A stretch of DNA of 64,000 bases from a virus, in the IMG/VR virus record IMGVR_UViG_3300005647_000006, one strand, 5' to 3'. The notes below the pieces were generated by a model. The model did not search any database, was not told the DNA's origin, and worked only from the letters and a program-made list of their open reading frames with translations. A program made the translations under genes and the position numbers. Position 1 is the stretch's first letter. Each line of letters starts with the position of its first letter. Shown in pieces: positions 37,360-46,298 of the stretch.

Positions 37360-37575
37360 ATGTCTAGTCCCGTTTCATGGTTGAATACTATATTCGTGTT
37401 TCTTTTTCTTGCAATTTTCTTTTTAGGAATGTTTTTGGCATCTATTTATAAAAATGCTAATGGACAGCAATATAACTATGAAGTTATATGCTTAAACGGT
37501 GTGCAGTATTATGATTTTATGTCAGGTATTACTGTTAGATTTAATCCTGATGGTACTGTTGCTAAATGCGAATGA
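37360..37575 (+). CDS. family B TM + two-Cys protein
   Basis: ICLNGVQY...VRFNPDGTVAKCE. Confidence 0.7.
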   Translation: MSSPVSWLNTIFVFLFLAIFFLGMFLASIYKNANGQQYNYEVICLNGVQYYDFMSGITVRFNPDGTVAKCE

Positions 37576-37667
37576 ATAAATCAACCATACTTCAAATAGC
37601 TTTGATTGTAACGATAGTAATTTTAATTGGCTTGTATACAGCCGCTTGGTGGATAGTATTAAGATGA
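37572..37667 (+). CDS. 31-aa single-TM peptide
   Basis: ATGA overlaps both sides; hydrophobic. Confidence 0.5.
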   Translation: MNKSTILQIALIVTIVILIGLYTAAWWIVLR

Positions 37668-37882
37668 ACAGTAAGCTTATATTAGGTATACTATTTTGTT
37701 TTTTGGTTTTTATTTCAGCATTGTTCAATGTGGTCAGTGAAGAAAATTCTAAGGTAGATGAGAACTATGTGGTTGAATGTATCGGTGGAATAAACTATAT
37801 TGTGTTTAGAAGAATTAATAACCGAATCGATGCTATAACAGTAAAGTATGATTCAACTGGTGAGATATCGAAATGCGAATAA
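37664..37882 (+). CDS. family B TM + two-Cys protein
   Basis: ECIGGINY...VKYDSTGEISKCE. Confidence 0.7.
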   Translation: MNSKLILGILFCFLVFISALFNVVSEENSKVDENYVVECIGGINYIVFRRINNRIDAITVKYDSTGEISKCE

Positions 37883-38058
37883 CAGAAGGTAAAACTAAAA
37901 CATTAATTAAACAAAAACCATTACCACCAATAACTGAAAAGGAAAATCCAAATGATTTTTTAATATTTCTTTTAATGTGTGTAATTTGTGGTCTTATTGG
38001 GGCTGCTATAATAATATATCTTGGATGGCAGGTATTTAAATATTTTGGGTTAATATAA
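37873..38058 (+). CDS. small membrane protein
   Basis: C-terminal TM helix. Confidence 0.55.
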   Translation: MRITEGKTKTLIKQKPLPPITEKENPNDFLIFLLMCVICGLIGAAIIIYLGWQVFKYFGLI

Positions 38059-38061
38059 TTT

Positions 38062-38160
38062 TCCACGAGAAGTGTTTCTCGGGTTCAACTCCCGACCGTA
38101 GGGATAATCAAGACTACGGAATGGCGGTACTTGGAAGGTCTTAGGATGAGCAGCTTCTTT
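38062..38160 (+). ncRNA. YrlA-like (Y RNA) circularly permuted tRNA-mimic candidate
   Basis: T-arm TCGGG-TTCAACT-CCCGA, loop-closed acceptor stem CCGTAG/CTACGG, D-loop-like TACTTGGAA, AGAAG/CTTCT end pairing, TATAAT upstream, U-run downstream. Confidence 0.5.
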
Positions 38161-38166
38161 TTAATT

Positions 38167-38400
38167 TTATAACTTAATTAACATATCACATGCATACGCG
38201 CTTGTATCAGCAGCTTCTTTACAAGAAGATTTGATTATTTGAGCTGATTCAAATGTATCACCTTGTAGAATAATAATATCATACGGATTATCTTTTAATA
38301 AATAATAATAAGAAATTTTAGCGTCATGGTGTTCAGCATGAACACCAAACAAGGTATAATCTTCACCAGATATCATTTTGTATGAAACAAAGAATTTCAT
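38167..38400 (-). CDS. family A small paralog
   Basis: ends CDMLIKL. Confidence 0.7.
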   Translation of the reverse strand: MKFFVSYKMISGEDYTLFGVHAEHHDAKISYYYLLKDNPYDIIILQGDTFESAQIIKSSCKEAADTSAYACDMLIKL

Positions 38401-38651
38401 ATCAGATCCATTAGTTCAGAAATATGAATCATCATTTCTTTTGTATGTCGCCTGTGCACCTTGAGCGTACTAAATGAAATAGTATGCGACACTGATTGAT
38501 TTGCTGGATGCGTTTTGATTATTTTAACTAGAAACGGATCTTCTTTTATCGTTTTATTAAACCAGTCCAATGCATAATCGTAATAGTCGGTTTGTTTGAT
38601 TACTATTTCAGCGCTTGCTCTAGATACTCTAGAAATTACTTGATAACTCAT
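38397..38651 (-). CDS. family A small paralog
   Basis: ends SELMDLI. Confidence 0.7.
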   Translation of the reverse strand: MSYQVISRVSRASAEIVIKQTDYYDYALDWFNKTIKEDPFLVKIIKTHPANQSVSHTISFSTLKVHRRHTKEMMIHISELMDLI

Positions 38652-38878
38652 ATCGAATCCAGTTTTGTGTAAATTCAGTTTCATTGTTTCTTCAGTAGCT
38701 TGATGATACACAAGCGTATCATAATTATTATGTTTGTCTATTAATGTAACAATACTATTAATGGTTTATCGTCTTTATATTGATTGAATAGTTTTAATGC
38801 TTCATTATAGGAATCTAAACCGATTATATGATCTTGGCTCCATGTATTTTCAAGCACATGAACTTCATAAAGACTCAC
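38648..38878 (-). pseudogene. family A paralog with two homopolymer indels
   Basis: repairs to ...KPFNSIVTL...LHKLDSI; shares 18 nt with neighbour's start. Confidence 0.55.
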
Positions 38879-39111
38879 AATACATCCATTTCAGCACAAA
38901 TACGAGATATAGACATATGTTTGTCTCGATAATAAGATCTATCAATGGATGATGTACCATCATTACGAATAGCTAGTAATCGTGCTCTAAATGGATCGTA
39001 TTTTACATGTCTTTTATATGTTGTAAGTGCATAATCATAACTAACAATCTTATTGATGATTAATTCTTCAAACCAAAAATCCTCCAGCACATGAACTTCA
39101 TAAGTTGTCAC
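38875..39111 (-). CDS. family A small paralog
   Basis: ends CAEMDVL. Confidence 0.7.
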   Translation of the reverse strand: MTTYEVHVLEDFWFEELIINKIVSYDYALTTYKRHVKYDPFRARLLAIRNDGTSSIDRSYYRDKHMSISRICAEMDVL

Positions 39112-39365
39112 ATCTTCACCAAATCTTCAACAACATTACCGAAGTCACCAAGCTTAGCATCTTGTGATAAATATTCACCAAGCAACACACGAGCACCAGC
39201 ACCTTTCATAGTCCCATACTTAATCGCTCTTGCTGTGTGAGGGCTTGCTATTATTTCATCAAATAATTTATCTATATCCGACTTTGATTTTTGCTCACTA
39301 GAATAAACAGGATTAGTAAAATCTTCCATGTCATAAACTTCTATTATGTATAAATCAAAACTCAT
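39108..39365 (-). CDS. family A small paralog
   Basis: ends VEDLVKM. Confidence 0.7.
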   Translation of the reverse strand: MSFDLYIIEVYDMEDFTNPVYSSEQKSKSDIDKLFDEIIASPHTARAIKYGTMKGAGARVLLGEYLSQDAKLGDFGNVVEDLVKM

Positions 39366-39619
39366 ATATTCACCAATATTTCAATAATATTTCTACTGTT
39401 GCCTAATTTGCGACCATACGCTTTATATTCTTCTAACTTTTCTGTGATTTCGTTTTCAGAATTGTGTGCGTATTTAATTGCCTTATCAATATCATTAAAT
39501 GAAATTTCTTCTTCAAAGAATTTATCCATTTTAATTCTTTCTTCGAACATGTAGGTGTAGGCAGGCTCTATCAAATTGTCATCTTTGTATATTTCTACTG
39601 AGTATGCATCAAATTTCAT
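39362..39619 (-). CDS. family A small paralog
   Basis: ends IEILVNI. Confidence 0.7.
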   Translation of the reverse strand: MKFDAYSVEIYKDDNLIEPAYTYMFEERIKMDKFFEEEISFNDIDKAIKYAHNSENEITEKLEEYKAYGRKLGNSRNIIEILVNI

Positions 39620-39640
39620 ATGTGTTATTATATCAGAATT

Positions 39641-39901
39641 ATGAAAAAACATTTAAAAATTAATGATTTGCCACTCAAATTTGGAAAGTACAAGGGCACA
39701 TCTCCCAATGATTTGCTGGAAATTGATCCAAATTATCTGATGTGGATGATGAAATCATTTAATAATGGTGTTCCTTTCACTCCAGAGCTTATGGATGACG
39801 TTGTAAAGGTCACTAAGCTGCATAGCCTGACTCATGAAGAACTCAGTCAGTATAGGCACGAAAATGGCGTGTGGGATGAACTACGGCGTCGGTGGAGGTA
39901 A
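39641..39901 (+). CDS. DUF3820 / ExoX C-terminal-like protein
   Basis: LKFGKYKG...EIDPNYLMW. Confidence 0.6.
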   Translation: MKKHLKINDLPLKFGKYKGTSPNDLLEIDPNYLMWMMKSFNNGVPFTPELMDDVVKVTKLHSLTHEELSQYRHENGVWDELRRRWR

Positions 39902-39907
39902 TATTCA

Positions 39908-40129
39908 TTAAAGTTTATCCAATATTTCTAAAGTACTAATAAATTCATTATAAAGAAGCTCGTGATACCATTTAAGTTTTTTTGAACCTTCTGACTTATC
40001 CCACAATTGCACTTCATATGCATTATTAACTTCTGCATCAAAAGCTAACATTGCTGCATACAATTTAATATATATTTCACTATGCCAATCAGAATTTTTA
40101 GCGTATTTGTAGTAAAGTACATATTTCAT
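39908..40129 (-). CDS. family A small paralog
   Basis: ends LEILDKL. Confidence 0.7.
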   Translation of the reverse strand: MKYVLYYKYAKNSDWHSEIYIKLYAAMLAFDAEVNNAYEVQLWDKSEGSKKLKWYHELLYNEFISTLEILDKL

Positions 40130-40133
40130 GTTG

Positions 40134-40376
40134 TTATATCACATCCATTATTCGACAAATTTCTGATATTTGATATAGTCGCTCAATTTTAAATTCATAT
40201 AATATTTTATATGTATCTGAATTTTTCGAATTTGTATTTTTTTCCACCAGTTTTACGTGATCATATCCCTTCGTTTTGGTTTTAAATGCAGTTAATGCAT
40301 TTTCTTTAATTGAAAATCTCATACTTTCGTAAATGTGAGATGAATGGTCTTTGTAAGATATATGGTACTCAATCAT
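40134..40376 (-). CDS. family A small paralog
   Basis: ends CRIMDVI. Confidence 0.7.
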   Translation of the reverse strand: MIEYHISYKDHSSHIYESMRFSIKENALTAFKTKTKGYDHVKLVEKNTNSKNSDTYKILYEFKIERLYQISEICRIMDVI

Positions 40377-40591
40377 ATTCTATCCATCCTCTTGGCTTTA
40401 AATTCCATTTCAGTAAGTGAGGGTGTGACTCCTAAAATTTCTTTATGGGTTAATCTTTTTGGTAATAGTCTACCATCAAATGGATCGACCACATAATGAT
40501 CACTGCCATTGAAACACACCGATAATTTGCCTACGACAACTTTGCCATTTGCATTTTTGTACTTTACTAAATCGCCCAATGAATAGCTCAT
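40373..40591 (-). CDS. SH3/KOW-like small protein with shared tail (soluble relative of family D)
   Basis: LGDLVKY...VVGK; ends AKRMDRI. Confidence 0.65.
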   Translation of the reverse strand: MSYSLGDLVKYKNANGKVVVGKLSVCFNGSDHYVVDPFDGRLLPKRLTHKEILGVTPSLTEMEFKAKRMDRI

Positions 40592-40659
40592 TACCCATTG
40601 TAATTAATTCCCGTATTCAGTATAGTGATCTTCCACACAATATTGTAGTGAGTCATTGA

Positions 40660-40688
40660 TTGACAATCACATAACTATTTGATAATAT
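40660..40688 (+). promoter_or_regulatory. sigma70 promoter
   Basis: TTGACA-17-TAATAT; GAGG RBS downstream. Confidence 0.6.
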
Positions 40689-40715
40689 TGAATTATATTA
40701 TTTTTTGAGGTAAAT

Positions 40716-41885
40716 ATGCACGAAATTTGGACCGGAATGCCTGAATTCAATCAGAAAAAACAGGTTCCTTACCATTTACTCGTTATCCAGCACGATTATG
40801 GCACTTTGCGCATTAGATTTGCAACCAAAGATGATTTAGATGAATTTAACGCACTGTACGATTTTGAAATATCACCAGACATTAAAGAAATTACCATTGG
40901 CTGTCCAGTCGAATTCGGTAAACGAATTAATCAAAAAATAACAACCAAAACAAAAAGCACATGGCATCCATTCAGACCACATCGTGGAGCCTTGAAACAT
41001 AAATGGGTTAACCCAAAAAACACACATCCTCGATATCCAGTTTATGTAGTATCGAAAGGCCGCTGGAAAAATACAGTCACATCCAGAATATTAAATAAAA
41101 TGGGTGTTGAGCATTATATCATTGTTGAGGAATCTGAATTTTCTAATTATATGGAAACTGCTGTGGATCTGGCTTGCGTTCTAACGCTTCCACAAGAGTA
41201 TTTGGATGCATATAACACCTGTGATGAATTTGGTGGAGAGAAGTCGAGGGGGCCGGGTTCTGCTCGAAATTTTTGCCTAGATCATTCTAAAGATGATGGG
41301 TTTAGACGCCATTGGGTTATGGATGATAATTTGGAGGCATTTTATTATTTAACGGATAATCAAAAATTAACAGTTGAATGTGCCGATACGCTTAGGGCTG
41401 CTGAAGATTTTGTTGATAGATACACGAATGTTCCTGTAGCTGGATTAAATTATGATTCTTTCTGTAAAGCCACTGATGGTGTACCGCCATTGGTTTTAAA
41501 CACTCGCATCTATTCTTGCTTACTAATCGATAATGAAATGGAATATCGATGGAGAGGGCGCTATAACGAAGATACTGATCTATCTCTCAGAGTTCTTAAA
41601 GATGGTTTGTGTACAATTCAATTTAATGTTTTTTTGTGTGGGAAAATAACAACACAGCGAATGCGTGGTGGTAATAGTAAAGAATTTTATGATGAAGAAG
41701 GAACACTGCCCAAATCTCAAATGTTGGCTGATCTACATCCAGACGTAGCAGAAGTGGTATGGAAATTTAATAGACACCACCATCAAGTGAATTATAAACC
41801 ATTTAAGGATAATAAATTAATTCCTAAAAAGCCAATTGTTGATAATGGTCCAGATAATTATGGAATGGTTAAAGTTCTTCGATAA
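40716..41885 (+). CDS. TAGT/GREB1-like (GT-A fold) glycosyltransferase fused to N-terminal GMPEF domain
   Basis: PVYVVSKGR, G.ARNF, HWVMDDN, IYSCLLI, WRGRYNEDTDLSL, TQRMRGGN. Confidence 0.7.
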   Translation: MHEIWTGMPEFNQKKQVPYHLLVIQHDYGTLRIRFATKDDLDEFNALYDFEISPDIKEITIGCPVEFGKRINQKITTKTKSTWHPFRPHRGALKHKWVNPKNTHPRYPVYVVSKGRWKNTVTSRILNKMGVEHYIIVEESEFSNYMETAVDLACVLTLPQEYLDAYNTCDEFGGEKSRGPGSARNFCLDHSKDDGFRRHWVMDDNLEAFYYLTDNQKLTVECADTLRAAEDFVDRYTNVPVAGLNYDSFCKATDGVPPLVLNTRIYSCLLIDNEMEYRWRGRYNEDTDLSLRVLKDGLCTIQFNVFLCGKITTQRMRGGNSKEFYDEEGTLPKSQMLADLHPDVAEVVWKFNRHHHQVNYKPFKDNKLIPKKPIVDNGPDNYGMVKVLR

Positions 41886-41943
41886 TTAATTCACATCCAA
41901 TACGATTATTAGCATAAATATTAAAATAGTCGGAGAGGTGTAC

Positions 41944-42228
41944 ATGAAATTAGCAGATTTACAAATAAACATGAATGAATCTATAGTTGCTTCTAGATTA
42001 AAGCAAAAGCTATATAAAGCCATTGAATATATGGGTGATGATCAACAAGCATCCCAAGAATTTCTTGATACTTACAATCAGCTTAAACAAGAAGTTGGTG
42101 ATGTAGAAGCTCAACGCATTATGACAGCTTTAAAGAATCATCACAAAAGACAGAATAGAACTGGTGAGAAAAACGATGCTTCTGATGCTCGTCCACAAAA
42201 AAGAGTTGGTGCAGTTAAAAACAACTAA
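41944..42228 (+). CDS. hypothetical protein
   Basis: GGAGAGG RBS. Confidence 0.65.
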   Translation: MKLADLQINMNESIVASRLKQKLYKAIEYMGDDQQASQEFLDTYNQLKQEVGDVEAQRIMTALKNHHKRQNRTGEKNDASDARPQKRVGAVKNN

Positions 42229-42515
42229 AGTTCATCCATTTTCACTAACCATTCCTGCGATTGTTTATTGATATAAACCTTAATGATTTCTTCGACGAAA
42301 TTAAGATCTATTTCTGATGTTTTGTTTTTATTAGAATCTATCCACTGTATTTTTATAATAATGCAATATTTTTCTAATTCTATCAATTTTATTGGTATTG
42401 TTATTGGTATTGATGTATCTTCATGCAAACAACTGGCACCCTCACCATTACACGGACAAAAGTGATTGTGCTTGGCTCTTGAATCTATTTCTTGGGCAGT
42501 AATTACAAAACACAT
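42225..42515 (-). CDS. hypothetical protein with shared tail
   Basis: Cys/His cluster; ends LVKMDEL. Confidence 0.55.
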   Translation of the reverse strand: MCFVITAQEIDSRAKHNHFCPCNGEGASCLHEDTSIPITIPIKLIELEKYCIIIKIQWIDSNKNKTSEIDLNFVEEIIKVYINKQSQEWLVKMDEL

Positions 42516-42634
42516 ATTAAATTAAATCCATTTTTTCTATTGATTTAAGTGTTGATTCATCACGCGATTTCATATATTGCCTAATCATATTAGATACTCC
42601 ATCACTTGAATATATTTCAAATAATAATTAATAC

Positions 42635-42886
42635 TCATATTACACAAAGACCTTGAATAGCTACATCTATTACATAACACCGAATTAAAACAGAATCACA
42701 ATCTCCGTGTTCATTGAATGGTACGTTCTTATATAATTCCACGTTACGATTATCCACTCTCATGCATTCTGCATGATAGGACTCGACAGCTTTTTTCTTA
42801 TCATCAAAAGCAACTGCGACACCACCTTCTGTCAATTCGGTTCCAACTGCATGAGAAACTACAATAAATGGAGGATGTGAAATCAT
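42635..42886 (-). CDS. family A small paralog
   Basis: ends IQGLCVI. Confidence 0.65.
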   Translation of the reverse strand: MISHPPFIVVSHAVGTELTEGGVAVAFDDKKKAVESYHAECMRVDNRNVELYKNVPFNEHGDCDSVLIRCYVIDVAIQGLCVI

Positions 42887-43125
42887 TATATTTTATCCAT
42901 TGCAAAACAAGCATCAACAACTACTTTTTCATGATGTACAGAATATTTTAACTTTACTGTTTTTTCGATGTTATTAATCACTTCAATAACATCAACGTAT
43001 GCAAATTTTTCTTTAGCACATGAATTAAAATAAGCATATGCATCATCATATGATTTACATAATTTCGTAACTTTTACTTCAGAATCTAGCTTTTTATAAT
43101 TGACTATATATTTTATATCAAACAT
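42886..43125 (-). CDS. family A small paralog
   Basis: ends CFAMDKI. Confidence 0.7.
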   Translation of the reverse strand: MFDIKYIVNYKKLDSEVKVTKLCKSYDDAYAYFNSCAKEKFAYVDVIEVINNIEKTVKLKYSVHHEKVVVDACFAMDKI

Positions 43126-43153
43126 AAGTGCTGTACTTGAGAACAAAAACCTT

Positions 43154-43372
43154 TCATATCAAATCCATTTTAGAAATTTCATCACGCATAGCTTTCGTAT
43201 GCCTATCGTATATTTTCAAAGCTTGAACATTATCATATACGGCAACATGGTGATAATCTGCATTTGCATATTCTTCGAACTGGTAAAGTGCATAATCCAA
43301 GTCGTGATAGTTTATTCTAACAGTTTCATCATGTTTCGTTTTTATATAAACTAGTAAATATTCACCTATCAT
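43154..43372 (-). CDS. family A small paralog
   Basis: ends ISKMDLI. Confidence 0.7.
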   Translation of the reverse strand: MIGEYLLVYIKTKHDETVRINYHDLDYALYQFEEYANADYHHVAVYDNVQALKIYDRHTKAMRDEISKMDLI

Positions 43373-43626
43373 ATTTTATCCATGTAACTTACAACAATAT
43401 CGATTTGGTTTTTAATTTCTTCACTTCGATAATACTCAGCAAATTCAAGTGGTCCTTCATCATCAATATATTCATATAAAATTGCTTTTTTAACAATTGC
43501 GGCTTGTATCTCTCGATTAAAAGCTCTATACGCCAGAGTGCCAACCACAAAATTGTAAATCTTAAATGCGATATCTTCATTTTCATCGTCAAATAAATGC
43601 AATTCGTATGCAAATTCGCTACTCAT
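43369..43626 (-). CDS. family A small paralog
   Basis: ends VSYMDKI. Confidence 0.7.
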   Translation of the reverse strand: MSSEFAYELHLFDDENEDIAFKIYNFVVGTLAYRAFNREIQAAIVKKAILYEYIDDEGPLEFAEYYRSEEIKNQIDIVVSYMDKI

Positions 43627-43856
43627 ATATCATCCAATTTTTCAATTATAGTTTCTATTCTTCTTTTAACATTACTATCATGAACTTTTAAAAGACCAGC
43701 AAAATCGTATAAAGCTACAAAGTGATAATCTTCTTTAATAAACTCTTTGAATTTATTTTCAGCTTCAATACGTGTAGTAAAGGTGACATTTTCCATTGTA
43801 TCATCTTTCTTTTTTATAAATGTTATTATAAAAAAATCTGCTTCTACTCTTTCCAT
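43623..43856 (-). CDS. family A small paralog
   Basis: ends IEKLDDI. Confidence 0.7.
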   Translation of the reverse strand: MERVEADFFIITFIKKKDDTMENVTFTTRIEAENKFKEFIKEDYHFVALYDFAGLLKVHDSNVKRRIETIIEKLDDI

Positions 43857-43949
43857 TTGCTATTATACCATGTAAGTTATTGATATTGTTGATAATTTAA
43901 TGTGATCCACTTAACATTATTAAATTAATTTTTATGTTATAATTGCTCG

Positions 43950-44192
43950 ATGAAATATGTTAAATGGGCTGTTCTTATAGCTATTTGCGTGGCAGTGATA
44001 TTTGTTATTTATTCGTTGGTAAGTGCATCTGCATTTTCAACACATTACAAAATTCATGTTAGCGACGATTTAGTTATGGGAGTAGGAGATACTTATTTTC
44101 ATACACGACAGTCTGTTCGAATGTTTAGTGATGAAACTATTCATTGTTCACACAATATTGGTGTGTGGCAATGCGTGGCAAATAAAAAATAA
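43950..44192 (+). CDS. exported/membrane small protein with two Cys
   Basis: N-terminal TM; HCSHNIGVWQC. Confidence 0.65.
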   Translation: MKYVKWAVLIAICVAVIFVIYSLVSASAFSTHYKIHVSDDLVMGVGDTYFHTRQSVRMFSDETIHCSHNIGVWQCVANKK

Positions 44193-44203
44193 TTGGAAAT
44201 GAA

Positions 44204-44437
44204 ATGTCTAGAATTAAATTTGGATTTTGTCCTGTAAGTGAGAAAGTTAAATATCTTAATCGCAAACAAGCAGAAGATTTTATCTTGGAGAATAAGTACC
44301 CACTGAGGGCGTATCATTGTCCAGACTGTGATTATTTTCACTTGACTGGGAGAATGACTAACTCTAAAGATAGGTTAGTGAAACCCGCGATTAGTCGAAA
44401 GGGTATGAAACGAAAGGGAAAACCACAACGCTATTAA
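44204..44437 (+). CDS. small Zn-binding phage protein
   Basis: C..KVKY...A...RAYHCPDCDYFHLT. Confidence 0.65.
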   Translation: MSRIKFGFCPVSEKVKYLNRKQAEDFILENKYPLRAYHCPDCDYFHLTGRMTNSKDRLVKPAISRKGMKRKGKPQRY

Positions 44438-44649
44438 ATATTATCAAGATCATTTAATTTTCTGTTGAGCCTGCTAATATTAAATCTTTTTAGTGTTTCA
44501 ACACCAGCCTTACCATGAAATCTAAGCACAACTGATGGGCACTGATCTTCAATGCATCCTTTGAAGAAATCTTCTGCTTCGCTTAGATATGAAAATGTTC
44601 TGGTTTGATATGAACCATTTTTTACTAATGTAAATGTTACGATATGCAT
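44434..44649 (-). CDS. family A small paralog
   Basis: ends LNDLDNI. Confidence 0.7.
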   Translation of the reverse strand: MHIVTFTLVKNGSYQTRTFSYLSEAEDFFKGCIEDQCPSVVLRFHGKAGVETLKRFNISRLNRKLNDLDNI

Positions 44650-44650
44650 G

Positions 44651-44905
44651 TTAATCTGATGGTATATCCAATGGAAAATCATTGCTGGTATGTAGTGGAT
44701 CTTGTCTACCCTCAAATATAAAAGACACCATCCAATTAACTTCGGGAAACTGCAACTTGGCAAGGGCAATAGCTTTTTTACTTGCCTCTGGCAGTGTGTC
44801 GGCCCACGGATAGTTTAATACGCTACATTTAACACCGCCCACATCTTCCAGAATAACGCTATACTGGTTGCTGCCTTGATTGGCATCTTCAAATACTTTA
44901 TTCAT
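44651..44905 (-). CDS. hypothetical protein
   Basis: ORF track. Confidence 0.6.
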   Translation of the reverse strand: MNKVFEDANQGSNQYSVILEDVGGVKCSVLNYPWADTLPEASKKAIALAKLQFPEVNWMVSFIFEGRQDPLHTSNDFPLDIPSD

Positions 44906-44973
44906 AGTCTTTCTCTACAATTAATTATTAATTATAGCATAGAAAAACCTTTAATTATGTGATAATATTAGAT

Positions 44974-45237
44974 ATGAGTAAGAAAATTGAATATTTGGTT
45001 TCTGCGTATGATGGTACGTATGATTGGGAGGATCCTAACACTTATTACAATGAATATTTTGATACTTATGAAAAGGCTGTTATAGCGTTTAATAATATCA
45101 TTGAAAATGAAAAACACTGGACAGAAGTTGAATTCAATCAACTTGAAAAGGAAAGTGGACAAACTATATGGATATTGATTCAAAGTCTTGAAACTATTAT
45201 GGTGGATGGGATTGTTTTGGAAATGAATAAACTATGA
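44974..45237 (+). CDS. family A small paralog
   Basis: ends VLEMNKL. Confidence 0.7.
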   Translation: MSKKIEYLVSAYDGTYDWEDPNTYYNEYFDTYEKAVIAFNNIIENEKHWTEVEFNQLEKESGQTIWILIQSLETIMVDGIVLEMNKL

Positions 45238-45583
45238 ATGAAGAATATAGAGTTTATTTTGCATCAAAAAAAGATGATTACTATTCATATGTTTCTATAG
45301 ACTCATCGTTGGGTGGTGCAGTGATGGGGCTAAGACCTGATGGAGAACTATCAATGGTTTTTTAACAGCAGTACTTACAGTAGATGTAAGAGGTATAAAA
45401 ATATCGGGTGATACTGATTGGTTAGATGTAGTGGTAAGAAAAACAAATGAAATGATAGAAGGAATGCAAAGTGATACTCGATGGGAAGATGATTGTATTC
45501 CAGTCGTTTATCGTAAACAAGATGGTTGTTGGATTAATGAAACCGTTGAAACTAAGTTACTTAAAATTGAAGATATAAAATAA
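45234..45583 (+). pseudogene. family C paralog, frameshift in T6 run near 45360
   Basis: ISGDTDW and GCWIN in shifted frame. Confidence 0.55.
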
Positions 45584-45933
45584 TGTCGAATAATATTGTA
45601 ATCATATTTAAACATTATCATTCTGAGAGAAGAATGCCAGTGTTTACTAATGATGATTTAGATAAAATAAATGCATTTTTAGTCGGAAGATTTTCTGATA
45701 ACCAAATAACAATGTGTAATTATAGAGATATATCTCTACGTGAGTTCAATGATATCTTTTCTGGTGATTCAGGTTGGGCTAAGACTTTGATTGATGACAC
45801 TATGAAAAATACTATTAAACCATTTACGATAAATCCTAATAACGAAGTTTTACTTCAACTCGAACAGTCAGTTGATAATACGTGGATTAATATATCGCAA
45901 GCAAAATATATAGATGGATTGATAACAATATGA
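45583..45933 (+). CDS. family C paralog
   Basis: IFSGDSGW; ends IDGLITI. Confidence 0.7.
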   Translation: MSNNIVIIFKHYHSERRMPVFTNDDLDKINAFLVGRFSDNQITMCNYRDISLREFNDIFSGDSGWAKTLIDDTMKNTIKPFTINPNNEVLLQLEQSVDNTWINISQAKYIDGLITI

Positions 45934-46283
45934 TTGAACATAGATTACTATTATTCAGGCTTAAAGATAAACAAGTCGAATTTGAATGGAATGAGCAATA
46001 TTTTCACAATGTTGAATTGGTGAATCCAATATTCTTGGTTGGGTACAAACACGATGGTATATCACCAAACATAGTAAAAGAAGTTATGTTATCTGAAATT
46101 GACAAACAAGGAATATTCGTTGGTGATAGAAAGTGGGTTGATAAACTTCGAAAATTTGTCGAAGTCAGATTACCTAAAAATGGTCCCAATGGCGTTAAGT
46201 TGGTTACTATACGTAAATTACCAAACAATACGTTATGGGAGAATGTTGATCTGGTAGAATCTATGAATTATAAAAATAGATGA
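45930..46283 (+). CDS. family C paralog
   Basis: IFVGDRKW. Confidence 0.7.
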   Translation: MIEHRLLLFRLKDKQVEFEWNEQYFHNVELVNPIFLVGYKHDGISPNIVKEVMLSEIDKQGIFVGDRKWVDKLRKFVEVRLPKNGPNGVKLVTIRKLPNNTLWENVDLVESMNYKNR

Positions 46284-46298
46284 AATGAATACTCACTA

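Noticed and set aside
38062-38160. Canonical tRNA or two-piece tmRNA
   Set aside because: No anticodon arm, no CCA, no G3-U70 alanine identity; arm order is permuted
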